Positions 1 to 12,419 of a DNA stretch of 64,000 bases are shown here, piece by piece. Source of the stretch: Oopsacas minuta (lineage: Eukaryota; Animalia; Porifera); contig JAKMXF010000299.1 in the NCBI GenBank assembly GCA_024704765.1, forward strand, positions 1,216,863 to 1,280,862, in the 5' to 3' direction. The translations under genes and the position numbers were made by a program. The first letter of the stretch is position 1. Every line of letters begins with the position of its first letter. Under the pieces are notes generated by a model. It saw only the letters and a list, made by a program, of their open reading frames with translations. It ran no database searches and was not told the DNA's origin.

Positions 1-912
1 AATATCATTGAGGTATTCCTGTTACTTGAAGAAGACCCTCATATCACGCTTGTGGAGATAGCTGATGCAGTTGGGATCTCAACGGGAACTGCTCAAGCTA
101 TTGTACATGATAATATGAAATTCCGAAAGATCTGTGCTCGATTGGTGCCGCATTTACTAACTCAGGCCCAGAAAGCAAAGAGGATCCAATGCGCTACTAA
201 ATTGCTCTCTGAGTTTGATCGAGCTGATTCGAAGGTTATTTGAGATAGTAACATGTGATGAAACTTGGGGTCGTTATTCTGAGCCTTTATCAAAAGAAGC
301 AAACAAGGTATGGGTGGCAAAAGGACAGGACCCACCAATGATCCCTCGACATGACTATCGGGACCCGAAGGTTATGTACTGTATATTTTTTTTCTAATGG
401 TCCAGTTTGCCAGATTTGTGTCCCCAAATATCAAACAATAACAGGCTCCTTCTACACCAAACCAATGAGTGTCTAACAGAGGTTGAATAATTATACCAAA
501 ATCGACGGCCAAGGACTGGAACTCGTGGATTGCGAATATTGCATGATAACGCCCGACCGCACAAGACAAAGCTGGTTAGATAAAAGTTGGAAGCTATGAA
601 GATTATGGAGCTGGGTCACCTCCCTACTCGCCAGATCTAGCTCCCTGTGACTTTTGGTTGTTTCCAAAGCTAAAGAAACATCTATTAGGCAGGAAATTCG
701 AGAGTCGAGCTCAGATAAGATCGGCAATTTTCCAGTATATGAAAGGTGTACCAACCGAAGACCACAAAAAAGTACTTTTCGATTGGATAAAAAGGCTGAA
801 ATTGGTTTTACAGCACGAAGGGGAATACTTTGAGAAACTCCATCACTGATACACAATTATGCTAGAAAGATTTAGAATTACAATGTGATAACGACTACTT
901 ATTGAACGCCCG
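1..912 (+). mobile_element. Decayed mariner (DD34D) element, 5' part outside the window; transposase fragments 52-849
   Basis: Frameshifted fragments with mariner motifs LVPHLLT, VTCDETW, HDNARPH and PYSPDLAPCDFWLFPKLK. Right TIR-like sequence CTACTTATTGAACGCCCG ends about 912 and is followed by TA. Confidence 0.85.
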
Positions 913-1057
913 TAGTAGTATGCAGTGGTGTACCGTGACAAATTTGAGTGAGGAGGGGGGGGGGTAGTGGCTAAACCCGGCTAAGGACAGTATTTACTAT
1001 AAATTATAACACATGACCAAAGCCTACTAGACTATATATGAGGCCTGACTATATATA

Positions 1058-1773
1058 TGTTGCAGTGTAAATGCGAGTTTGGTATGATTGCAATCACACC
1101 AACTACCTGGTGTACTTGCAGTCGCACTGGTGTATCCGCAATCAGACCAACCTATTGGTGTAAGTGCGAGCTGTGAATAGAATCAATATAAGTATATTGC
1201 GTATTCATTGTTTTCCGTAGCTCATTTTATAGAATGAAAGTCACTATAGATGATATCATTGACATGGCTAGTTTGATGTTTATCAAACACAGTTTACGCA
1301 AGTATAGATGATTATTTCCCAATTTCTAATTTTGATACCTGGATGACATTTTGATATATCCAAGTATAAATACTCAATTCTCCGAATAATCTTTTGGGAA
1401 ATAATTATATTTTGAAGCTTTAAAGATGTTTAACCCAGGGACTCAATCTAGAAATAATCATTCTGAACTTCAATCTAATCACTTTAGAATTTTTGTAATT
1501 CCATTATGATAGTAATATGCGTAGGATGATTGTTAGTATATTGTTAGTACCTTAGCCTAATTATCCCAATTTAGGATTACTCATATTCCATATAGCAGAG
1601 ATCTGTAATAAAATATACCCAATATTAATTCTATTCGCAGCTCGCACTTACACCAATAGGTTGGTGTGATTGCGAGTACACCAGTGCGATTGCAAGTACA
1701 CTAGGTAGTTGGTGTGATTGCGGGTACACTCGTGTGATTGCAATCACACCAAACTCGCATTTACACTGCAACA
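1058..1773. mobile_element. Non-autonomous Ginger2-like element (MITE); internal-deletion derivative of the 13938-19400 family
   Basis: Ends TGTTGCAGTGTAAATGCGAGTTTGG...CCAAACTCGCATTTACACTGCAACA with roughly 130-150 bp TIRs and TATA on both sides. Both halves match the reverse complement of the two ends of the 13938-19400 element. Confidence 0.85.
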
Positions 1774-1912
1774 TATATATATATATGTACCGAACTGTCC
1801 GTATCCTGGTACAACCACTGTGTTATATCGATTTTTTAACACGGTATTTATATATTATATCATCATACCTTTATTTTTCTCAGTACTTGTAAATATAGTA
1901 TAAAATAACATA

Positions 1913-2300
1913 CAGTCAAGTTTGTCTATAACGGTCACTGAAGGGACTGGCCAAAAGTGCCGTACGGGTGGCGGAATAGAGAGGTTGACCGTTATATACT
2001 AGTGTGCTCGTAACTTTATTTTAATGGTGGTAATATAGAGAAATTATCCTTTAAGACTAGTGAACGATATATAAGATAATATCGTGGAAGAAGTTTATGA
2101 TGGCCACCCAAGCGACTTGTCAAAAGTATACCTTATGGGAGGCGACCACTATGTAATAGTCCGTTATATAAATGAGCTGGCTGTTATAGCTTGGTTTAGC
2201 GCCACAATAAGAGACCAAAATGGTGGCCGCGTTGAGCAGGTGTCCGCTATAGAGAGGTCATTTTAATGGGAATCGGAGGGGATTATTTTGAGGTGACTAT
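1913..2300. mobile_element. Probable pogo/Tigger-like MITE remnant
   Basis: Starts TA|CAGTCAAGTTTGTCTATAACGGTCAC and contains repeated (T/G)GGCCG(T/C)TATA-like modules. The right end was not located. Confidence 0.4.
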
Positions 2301-2705
2301 TCAAACAAAAGCACTTATCTAACCGGAGATGGCTATTCAGTCTTTCCAAATCTTGTCGAATTATAGCTATCAACTGATATGCTAACCAATACATTCAAGT
2401 CCGTTTCAAGTGTAAGTCATAAGACCCGTTTTTGAGTGAATTATACAGTATGTCCCATAATTATTGAGACTAACAAAAAGGAGAATATTTTAATCCACAT
2501 TATTCATTGAACATTTTCTACTATTATATCGATAACCTCTAACGAATAGATCAATAATTAATTTTTGAATCATTCTGTTCCACCACTAGTCTACACCTAT
2601 GACTCATAGACTTGTAGTATGGTGCTAAAATTCGGGAGTGATAGAATCCCATATTTCTTGGATCCTCTTCTTAAATTGGACCAAGCTAGTAAAGTTGTCC
2701 TTATA

Positions 2706-4019
2706 CAGGGTGCGTTTTAAGTTCTGTCCCATAGTCAAATCCTCATAACTTTACTACAATAGATCTTTTACTATTTAAACTTTTATACCAGTTTACTATG
2801 ATCAATACAATTACATAATCGCACTGATTACTCAATATAACCTCCCTTGCCATGAATGACACTTGATATCCTGCCAGGTAGGGCCTCAACTGCAGCACGG
2901 AGTACATCTTGGGGTATTTTCTCCCACTCTTCTCGCAATTTTCGCTTCAAAGAGTCTATACTCTTGTGAGATTTAGCACAGACTCTGCTTTCGAGAATGG
3001 ACCATACCGAATAGTCCATTGAGTTCAGGTCTGGGCTATATGGAGGCCATTGCTCTTTCTCAATAAAACATGGAATATTGCTCTGAAGCCAGGTTTGGGT
3101 AACATTTGATGTGTGAGCTGGTGCTCCGTCTTGTTGAAATACAAATGACCCACCATTAAACATGGTTTGGCTAAGGTTCTTCACTATGGGCTCTAAAATT
3201 AAGTCACGATAAGTTGTCGAGTTTATTTTTACGCCTGCAGGCACAAAAATTAGTGGCGTCCGACCAACAGCCGATATTCCAGCCCAAACCATTACTGAAA
3301 GTGGTTTTTGGACTCGAGGAAAGTACTTCAGATCTGGATCAATAGTAGATGACTTGTGTGATATAATCCTGTCGTTTTGAGGGTTCAAAGCTTCCTCAAT
3401 GGTGAAAATCTTTTCGTCGGAGAATACAATTTTTGTAATATCATGATTTACGTGCCTACGTAATTGTCCTTTACATCTTTGAAGCCTCTTGACCTTTACT
3501 TGCTCACTTAGGAAGTGAACTCTCTTTCTTCTGAATGAACGCATGCCTAAGTTCACTTTCACAATTTTCCGTACTGAAGACTCTGATACTTTGAGTTCCT
3601 GAGCCATTTTCCTCATAGAACGCCGTGGGTTCCTACGGATACGTTCCCGCACCAACTTTTGGAGTGCTGGAGTCGTTACTGAAGGGGGACGACCACTTCT
3701 TGCTTTGTCACAAACTTCCCCAGTCTCGTTGTACCTCCGAATCGTACGACAGACAAACTTACGTCTATTAGCGGGAATATTGAGCAACTTCAAAATTTCT
3801 TTCTGAGTCTTGCCATTTTTAGCTAACTCAATAATAGCTGACCTTTCGTGTTCCATCAAATGAAAATACTAATACGTGAGAATGGTGTATTGTATAATAG
3901 GTATAGGTGCTAGCTAAACAATATAGTAAAAGAATCAACATAGTAGTATTAAGGATATGCTTAGAATGTAGATCATACAATAAAACATAAAGATGGGACA
4001 GAACTTAAAACGCACCCTG
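2706..4019 (-). mobile_element. Complete maT/DD37D Tc1-mariner element (1314 bp)
   Basis: Perfect 27-bp TIRs CAGGGTGCGTTTTAAGTTCTGTCCCAT (2706-2732 and 3993-4019), TA target duplication (2704-2705 and 4020-4021), and an uninterrupted transposase ORF. Confidence 0.95.
2828..3856 (-). CDS. DD37D (maT-type) transposase, 342 aa from the ATG at 3856
   Basis: N-terminal HTH-like region (SGRPP...RRSMRKMA). Catalytic motifs FSDEK, FQQDGAPAH and WPPYSPDLNSMDY, with 37 residues counted between the second and third Asp. No stops or frameshifts. Confidence 0.93.
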   Translation of the reverse strand: MEHERSAIIELAKNGKTQKEILKLLNIPANRRKFVCRTIRRYNETGEVCDKARSGRPPSVTTPALQKLVRERIRRNPRRSMRKMAQELKVSESSVRKIVKVNLGMRSFRRKRVHFLSEQVKVKRLQRCKGQLRRHVNHDITKIVFSDEKIFTIEEALNPQNDRIISHKSSTIDPDLKYFPRVQKPLSVMVWAGISAVGRTPLIFVPAGVKINSTTYRDLILEPIVKNLSQTMFNGGSFVFQQDGAPAHTSNVTQTWLQSNIPCFIEKEQWPPYSPDLNSMDYSVWSILESRVCAKSHKSIDSLKRKLREEWEKIPQDVLRAAVEALPGRISSVIHGKGGYIE

Positions 4020-6004
4020 TATAGCTTTTGCTTTATCCAACCGTATATATTCTCAATTGGGTTGAGATCAGGACTTTGACTTGGCCATTATCTTTGGTTT
4101 TTCTTCATATTTTTCTCCATCCAAGCTTTGGCGATCCTTGAGGTATGTTTTGGGTCGTTATCCTGAATGAGAAACCACTTCTGACCATGAAAAACCTAGC
4201 TTGCTCAATCAAATGCCATTCCAATATGTTGACAAAGAAGGTAGCGTCCATATTCCTTCGAAAGAAACACAGAGGGAAGGTTCCCATACTTGAAAAGGCT
4301 ACCCAGATGTGTAATTTAACGGAATGCTTGGTTGTTGGCTGAATGACTTTCCGATTTCTTTTTGTCCATAGCCTAACTCGACCAGGTTTGAGCCAGAAAG
4401 AAGCTTCATCTGCAAACACAGCGTGACACCAATGAATATTCTCATTTTTCTTGCCCTACTCAATACGTAAGAGCCTGTTTTTCTCACTTAGCATTGGTAC
4501 AAGTGTTGCCCAAGGCTTGCTGTATTCCATTTCCTGCAGGCATCTTCCACTTGTACTCTTGGACACTTTAGTGCCACTTTTCTCTTCTAGATTTGTGACA
4601 ATTCCACGTATAGTCTTCTTTTTATCATGCCTAACATATTGCGCAATGGTATGCTTGATGAGTTTTCTAAGAATAGCAGGCTTTCTTGTGAAGTGAATTT
4701 GTACCTTCTTTGAGAGTTTTCTGAACGCGAAATACAGTCGCCCGCCCAACTCCTAGAGTGGCAGCTATTTGATTTACTGTGTGTTTACCTCCTTGGAGAA
4801 GTATTCTAGTCTCATCCCGCTTGATTAATTGTTCCATCTAAGAAATAAAAATATATAATCTATAATTTAATAATTATTATCAATAATTGTTACATCATCA
4901 TCATAAAAATACTTGAAAACTAAAATTACAGATAAAATTGAAATATGAACATGCTCAAATCTATTAATAGAGTCAATACTATTGTTCAATAGAATAAAAC
5001 TTGACGGCAATAATGTATTAAGAAAAGTAGTCAAGGTTGCATTAAAATGATGTTAGTCTCAATAATTATGGGACAAACTGCATTTGAGGAATTTAATATA
5101 ATGAATACGTGCAAATTATACCACTATATTCATAAAGCTTTTGCCCATTCACACACGTATATTGATCAGATATACTCTTCCACGATCACATAGCCAACAT
5201 AATAGAGTCAATATTCTAATATTCTTTAATCACCAATCTCCAAGAGCGGAGCTAGAATAAGTATATTGGTGTTGCCAGAATGGACCCACCAATTGTTAGA
5301 AAACTAGTTCTATTCGAGCGAGCCTAAATCATTTCTCAGATGAACATCATTATAATTAACATGGCCTTATCAGGCTTGTAGAAATATGTCTGTTGAGCAG
5401 CATATAACCAAACAAAATATTTTCTGTTAAATTATTGCTGCCAGGAAATGATCACCACAGCAGATTCTGATTTACCGACAAGTATAGCGAAAAGAAGGGG
5501 GCTACACACTCCCCACAAGGTACACCTGCGTTTGTCTGGTTCTGTTTCGGGAATAATTAGGTTTAATGTATAATTATTTATTACAGACAGTGGCGTTGTG
5601 CTGTATGTGCCTGAGGGCACCAAAATATTTTTGGACTATTGGCTATTCTCATGTGCATATATGGTACTTAGTATGCAATAGACTTGGCTTAACATTAATT
5701 GGATGCTCCGGGTAATATAGACCAAAATTTGGAATAAATGAGTCACATTTATACAAAGTCAACTGTATATACTAAAGCAGCTTTTCTTAACCTTTCATAC
5801 CTCAGCACCCCCTGTAGTCAGTCTTAGCAATTCAGCACCCCTTACATGATACTACAAGAAGTACAGTGCTCCTCTGTAACTGTAACAAGGATGAAATAAG
5901 ACAAGTAATGCACTGTTTCATAATTGATTGTATTTACTTAAATTACTCCATTAAAAATCCAACTCAATCAGAAAGAAAATGCAACTTTAAATGTCACGAA
6001 CAAA

Positions 6005-6457
6005 CAGGGCCGTAGCTAGGGGGGGCTGAGCCCCCCTAGCAAATTTTACCGCCCCGTAATTTTTGCTAAGCTACATTGATCTTTACTATCTTGGATCTTA
6101 AATATTAGTTAAATCAAGGAATCTTTGTGAATATGTCAAATTGGCTATACATTTAAGTAATCTAATTCCTCTTGCTAGTAAATATACTTAATAATTTGTA
6201 TGCTTTTACAGTGACCATTGATTTTATATTCTTTGTTTTGATATGACCACAACATATATTCCTTCCAGTTTTATTGCATTTTGCGATTACTAAGCGAAAC
6301 TATAGAATGCCAGAGTGGTCTGAATATTTATGAACTAAGTAATTATACCTTCCCCCAATGTAGCTTGGGAGTTTGGGTATGGTCCTACCCCAAAAATAGA
6401 TATAAAAAATCTTAAGTGTCCAAGCCCCTCCTAACACTACGCTCTGGCCACGGCCTG
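6005..6457. mobile_element. hAT-type MITE
   Basis: Ends CAGGGCCGTAGCTAG / CTGGCCACGGCCTG; 8-bp target duplication CGAACAAA (5997-6004) / CGAACATA (6458-6465). Confidence 0.75.
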
Positions 6458-7269
6458 CGAACATACCTCCACGATTATTCAGGAGGGCAGAGAAACCATA
6501 TTTGACATATTCACCACCCTACTTGCGCATTTTTGACATTTTAGAATTTACTGATACCTGAATCACAAAAATACTTATATGACATCCAGTTCCATGGAAC
6601 TGAACCGGTTTCACTTTACATACAGTTTATAGCTTGTAGGTCCGTTTTAAATTCCGATTCCATACCAGTATAATTATTCCCTATCACAAATCTGTGACAG
6701 AAAAGAACTCAAGTAAGTAACACAGAAAAAAATATAGGTTAAATACAACTAATTTATAGCCAGACATTACTATATCTAGTAAGGACAGCTGAATGTTTCG
6801 ATATTTATCCTGAAGCATCTGCCAGCCTGAAATTTTATCTAGTATCTAAACAAAAACTTCGTACAACACATAGTAGAATCCTTATCCAGCACCCCCTAAA
6901 ATCGATTTCAGGTTAAGAAACGCTGTACTAAAGTATTAAATGACATTTGTTTGTTATATATTGGATAAAAATTGTCGTTGAAGGTGTGATAAAATAGCAC
7001 TATATGGGCATTTATGTGTTGACAGTGGTTTAGCCAGCCTTTGGCCCACTAGTGATGCTAGTGGTACTGAAAGGTTGTAAATGCTGCTAATCTATTAGTA
7101 AATTGCATTTGGTGTCTAACTGTCTGTTTGGTCCTTGTCAATGAAAGGATTGATGATTTTATTTTTGAATTTCGCAATTACAAGATGTCGCATAGTTAAC
7201 TACTGGGTAAGGGTACTATATATGTTTTATCGATCGATATGTTAAAGTATTCCACTAACTTCAAATTTT

Positions 7270-7830
7270 GGCACAGGTTAAATCTCCTGAATTTACAAGA
7301 TACATAGCATTTGTTCCATTTTGTGACATTTTTCTCAGGGGAAATTTCTAGACCGTCACAAACCGCTGATTCTAACTCCTCATCGCTTCAAACAGGTCTT
7401 CCTCTCCATTTTTCTTTGGTTTTAGGGAACGGCCATTAGTCACAGGGGACTAAGTCAAAATAATATGGCAGATGTGGTAAGGTAGACATCCCATTCTCTT
7501 TAATATTTTCCATTATCAGTGCGGCCTTGTATTCAAATCTAATAATTATCATTGTGTAATTTCCTACCATTGAGTTCGGCTTTGGGATGCATCAGTTTTA
7601 TCTATTTGAATAGACCCTTCAAATAAAATTCTGTATACTAATTAATAGTTAGTGTAAGACCGATTTTCAGTCGAAGTAATTCAATTAGTAAGTGTGAATT
7701 ATACCAGTGGAACTCTGTATCGCCCATGAAATTAATCCTTTCTCCAGTGATCTCCTCGAAGTTGGTTAAGAATGCAGTAACCCTTTGCTCTGCATTGGCT
7801 CTAGTCATGTGGGGCTGTCAATTGTGATAT
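7270..7830 (-). pseudogene. Heavily decayed mariner transposase remnant
   Basis: Minus strand gives PHMTRANAEQRV...MGDTEFHWY and LPHLPYYFDLVPCD*WPFPK..., read as degenerate forms of the WVPHxLT, TGDETW and LPHPPYSPDLAPCD motifs. Confidence 0.6.
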
Positions 7831-8718
7831 TTCGTATAGCTGATTCGAGAAATACATAGAATCTGGTTTGACTTCGTTGTGATTAAAGACTTTGTATTCG
7901 AGATAAGTGAAAATTAATCAAAAAAATGAATGCTAAAAATAAACAAATTACAAGCTATTTCAAAATAACTATCCTGCTTCACAGTACTAAGCTCACTGCG
8001 CGGCAGCTTATTGCTTTTGGTCCCTACATTACAGAATATACTGGGGACAACGACTCTCGAATTCACAGAATAGTTAAAAAATATGGATTGGCTTATCCAT
8101 GGCCCATCCAAATTACATTGAATTGCCTTTTGTGTTGACACTGGAGATGCTATGTCTCTTTTGGTTAATAATCTAGGCGCTTCGTCCTCTGGGTGTTAAT
8201 TAGAAATGCTGAAATTTTTGACAGCGTAGTAATCCCATGATGAGTTAGCTTTGGTAAGAATCATGACGTCAGGACAGGTATCCCTAAAGCCAAGTAATTG
8301 GTCACATTCGCTTGGCCTCGTGGCCGGTTGTATCTGCCGGAAACTATCTAATTGCGGCAAAGTTCCTGCTGGAGATTACGACACTTTTCAGAACATACAA
8401 CGAAAGAGGAAGCTAAGTCTAAAGTTTGTATGGATCGTGCTCCCTGAATCGTTCATTCTTGGAATTTCTACTATATTCTTTCCAACCTTCCACACAGTTT
8501 GTAGCTCTCGTTCGGAACTTATTTTACAACGTGCCGCCGTTCGTACTATAAAATAAAGCACTTAGTGCTAACTTAGGCCTCATTCACTAAGACCTAAGTT
8601 TACATTTTAGTTCGAAATTAAGTTAGTTTGAACTAGGTTTGAAAAATACACTTTTACGAATATGATCCATAGAACATTAGTATTATTGAAATAACCGACC
8701 CATTTAGACTTATTTATG

Positions 8719-9620
8719 TACTTGGAGCATTGAAAAAGTTTTCATCATTAGTTTATAGCAGCCAAACTCTACTCGATTATATGAAGTGCAAATGTATATC
8801 CTTATAGCCCTATCGATTACCTATTTAATGTTTTTGAGCAATTCACTCTAGCTATTATATATCTTGATCTATCCTACTTTCAAATATACCTATTTTCGAG
8901 AGTTAACTTTATCACGGCTTCAAAACATATATCAAGCAAAACCGAACAATGAGCTTACATAAAGATTCGTAACGTACTGAAGATACTCCCCTAGACCGGA
9001 GGATCAATTTCCGCTACCACCCCTAAATTGCCTCTGAAATTCTGGAACTTATGGATTTGAAGAGATTTAGTAATCCTGGACATCTCATCGGGAAGTGTTC
9101 ATACAACGCTACACGATTATCTCGAATATCGAAAGATTTCAGCGCGATGGATAACAAAAATCCTCACAAATGTGCAAAGGGAGAATAGGGTATCATGCGC
9201 GAAAAATTGGTTTAAAGATTATAGAGATTGTGATTCTTGAAGGTTATATAAAATCGTTGCTGGTGACGAAATTTGGGTTAAATTTTCTGAACCCCTGCGT
9301 AAGGACCAAAGCAAATCATGTCTCCCCAAAGGTTCTTATCTCCCCGAAAAGACGCGTTGGACTTTCGAGACAACAAGGTTCTCTATGGCATATTTCTTGA
9401 TGCGTATACAGTGGCTCAAAATCCTGTGCTTAAAGAAGAACAATTCAATGGTGAATTTTAAACAAATAAATGCCTAAAAGAAGCCGAGATAGTCTATATA
9501 ACACGATTTCCGCGTACAGGAACTCGAGGAATTAAAGTTCTCCACGATAATGCCAGACCTCATGTTTTCAAATACTTTAAGGAAGTTATTGAGGATATCG
9601 GAAAAATATTTCTAAGGATA
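8719..9620 (+). mobile_element. Decayed mariner remnant, same family as 50578-51660
   Basis: Shares long similar stretches with 51060-51560, for example GAAGTGTTCATACAACGCTACACGATT and CAAAGCAAATCATGTCTCCCCAAA. Contains a CACGATAATGCCAGACC (HDNARP) motif. Confidence 0.65.
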
Positions 9621-10099
9621 TTCGCCCAAGCATCGAGCTAACTCGATTTGATTGAAAAAGGAAATTTGAAATTTTCATATTGATCGGCTGTAGATCCGAA
9701 TTTATCCGTCGTAAGCACGCCATTTGGCCGGTCAAAACGCTTAAGAGGAACACTGCCAGTGATTCAAATTTCAAATTTCTCTCATGTATATTGGCTGAGC
9801 AGTAGCTAATAATGTGACTTTCCGAAAATCCAAAAAGTGACACAGTAGCAAAACACCCCGTTTCAACTACTAAACAACTATATGATTTTAGGAAGAAATC
9901 CTTGTATTTCATCGAATTGACTATGTTGTAGAGAGAAAACACATTAATCAATAAGTTAAGTACAAGATCTAGTGTACAATGAAATAGGGCAAGAAACAGA
10001 CAGGCCATAGAAACCGAAACAAAATGCATTAAAACAGAAATTTTACAGGTTCAAGTTAGCAAAAAAGCTGATATCCCTAAAATCCATAAAGCTAATACA

Positions 10100-11090
10100 T
10101 AGATATTGTGTTTAGATAGTGTTAGCGGGAGAAACAAGCAACTGCAAGGAGGCAATTAAACCTGGGGTGGCAAAGAACCGTAGGCAAAGTGTGAAATTTA
10201 TGTGATGCAAGCTTGTTGTCCAGAAAAATTTCATTAATTAATTGACTCGCCTTACTGTATAGAAGCTTTTCCAGATGATATTACAAGCATACTGTAGTAA
10301 TTCAAAACTAGCCATATTTCATATCCAGAATGTGACAGGTTCCCATGTCAAGCCAACCCTGCGCAGTTGTTTAATAATATCCTTTACGGTATTTCACCAG
10401 GCGCATATTCTTATCGTAATAATCTTTACAATTTTTGAAAATGCTTATTATTTTTGGAAACAAAATAATCTACTCGTAATTTGTTGCACTGTCCAATGAT
10501 GGGTATATTTCATCAAACAACTTCTTGAGGGTGATAAATTTTATATTCTCAAGTCTTGGAACCTCTTTCAGGCCCCCAGCTCTTATACAAAGTTTGCGCT
10601 CAATTTGGGAAATAAGCTATGCTTTGATGCTTTGGATTAAATATTGGGTAGTGGATTCGGGCCAAGAATTTCGTTCTGTAACAATTACTTTTGATAGCCG
10701 CCTAATACAAATTACTTGCCCTATTTCTGTCCCTTGGATAATAATAGGAGAGAATATACGGAATAAAATGATAATATCCTTTGTTCATCCTACATTATAC
10801 AGCATTTTGTTAGCAGTGTGCCTAGAAACAGTTTGAACCTCATATGTGTTTCACTTCTTGATCTGCACGGTTTCCATTAGAGCGATATGATAACTGTAAC
10901 TAGTTTATAACACATGGACAGTGTTCATCAATTAGTAAAATTAGGAGTGGTACCTGCAATGATCCTTGCGCTACGTCTACCTTCAGACTAACACATTCTG
11001 AGAGTTCCTGACAAATCCTCACCCTCTGGACCTATTGGACAGAAGGCACATTAGTGTGCACAAAAAATATCGTAATTTTGAAATTTATGG
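10100..11090 (-). pseudogene. Possible LINE reverse-transcriptase remnant
   Basis: Minus strand near 10920-10980 reads VAQGSLQVPLLILLID, similar to the RT motif GVPQGSxLGPLLF. The rest is too degraded to translate, so boundaries are approximate. Confidence 0.3.
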
Positions 11091-11109
11091 GAACCCAATG
11101 GAGGTTCTA

Positions 11110-12419
11110 CAAGGGTTGTTCAATAAGTAATTAGACTAATGTATCGAATTCATATTCTAGTTAATACAGCTCTAAGCCTAATATCAGCTTACAAGCCTAA
11201 CTTGATTGTCTAACTTCGATACAATATACTCTTTACTCTACTAGGATATTCTTCAGTATAAAGTTTCATTTGTATAGGCTACTTTTTTCAACTAATGGAT
11301 TTTAGTGAAGACGGAAAACGACAAATAATTTGGTGTTTGTGGAAAAGGGGAAGACTGGCTCATAAATTCTTCATGAAATGCAGGATATTTTCAGTGTTGA
11401 ATGTCCTTCGAAAGCAAACATATAAAGATGGATGGAACGTTTTGATAATGGCAATGAGGACCTCCACGATGACAGTGGTCCAGGTCGTCCGACTTCCTCA
11501 AAGACCTGCAGTAATATCGAGAGGGTCCAAACAATTTTGGACGAGGACAGACCAATAACCCTGCGAGAAGTAGGAGAGAGGGTAGGTGTATCAAAAGCCA
11601 CACTACACTCGATTATCACTGAAGATCTGGAAATGTCGAAGGTAACTGCACGTTGGGTCCCAAAACTTTTTTCAAAAGAACAAAAACGCAAGAGGGTCAG
11701 AGTTAGCAAAGAATTACGTTCAAGATACAAGACAGAGGAAGACTTTTTGGATCGTATAGTAACGGGGGGTGAAACTTGGTTACATTATTATAAACCAGAG
11801 AGCAAAACTCAATCGAAGCAATGGAAGAGACGTGATGAACCTGTACCCATCAAAGTAAAGGCGCAAAATCAGCAGTGAAGAGAATGGCAACAATATTTTG
11901 GGATAGGGAAGGAATTATACACTTCGACTGGTTGCCTGAGAAGACAACCATAAACAGTTATTATTACGTTAACGTATTGAAAGAATTGCGTCAAGCGATC
12001 AAACGTGAGAGGCGAAGCAAGTTGACACGTGACGCATTGGTGCAACATGACAACGCAAGGCCCCATATAAGCTCCAAGACAATGGCTGCAATTGACGACT
12101 TAGGATTCGAATGCCTCACTCATCCCCCCGTATAGTCCAGACCTGCCTACCAGCGATTACTGGCTCTTTGGAGAGATGCATAGACCCCTTAGAGGGAAGA
12201 GAGTTGAGGAATTCAAACGGCTGGAGTATGAAATAAAACAATGGGAAGAGGGACCCCTAAAGAATTCTATACCACTGGGCTGTAAAAGTTACCAGAACGA
12301 TGGAAACGGTGTATACAATTAAAGGGGGAATTTATCGAAACATTTGATCATCAATTATGATAAGTATAGGTTTACTATATGAATTATGAAAAAAGTCTCA
12401 TTGTTTATTGAACACCCTT
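11110..12419 (+). mobile_element. Full-length mariner (DD34D) copy 1 with frameshifted transposase (about 11295-12340)
   Basis: TA|CAAGGGTTGTTCAATAAGTAATTAGAC left TIR and matching right TIR followed by TA. Motifs WVPKL, VTGGETW, HDNARPH and PYSPDLPTSD, with 34 residues counted between D and D. Confidence 0.92.

Larger units (their letters stand above)
2446..5080 (-). mobile_element. Tc1-like element (decayed DDxE transposase), interrupted by the maT element at 2706-4019
   Basis: 30-bp TIRs CAGTATGTCCCATAATTATTGAGACTAACA (2446-2475) and TGTTAGTCTCAATAATTATGGGACAAACTG (5051-5080), 1 mismatch; TA on the left, CA on the right. Minus strand encodes MFADEASF, KLHIWVAFS, QDNDPKHTS and WPSQSPDLNPIEN. 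The C-terminus (KLY-KDNFTSLVQFKKRIQEIWDSI) continues left of the maT insertion. Confidence 0.9.

Noticed and set aside
923-1000. Isolated hAT-like ends (CAGTGGTGTACC; also 20045-20161, 32600-32612, 35663-35785)
   Set aside because: The partner end or target duplication was missing or unconvincing.
1081-1180. CRISPR-like repeat array (GTGATTGC / GCAATCAC modules; also 30600-30700 and 31320-31430)
   Set aside because: These are subterminal repeats inside transposon TIRs, with no unique spacers and no cas genes.
5221-5660. Actin-like IGGSILA (minus strand) and ZU5-like SGVVLYVPEG (plus strand) peptide matches
   Set aside because: Short matches bounded by stops. They need weak splice sites to extend, and no supporting neighbouring exons were found.
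6461-6660. Possible minus-strand exons (HGTGCHISIFVIQ / GGEYVKYGFSALLNNRG)
   Set aside because: A good donor is present, but I recognise no protein and found no consistent gene model.
7440-7830. Short host exons with in-frame TGA (selenoprotein-like) on the minus strand
   Set aside because: The translations are degenerate mariner motifs, so the apparent splice sites are chance.
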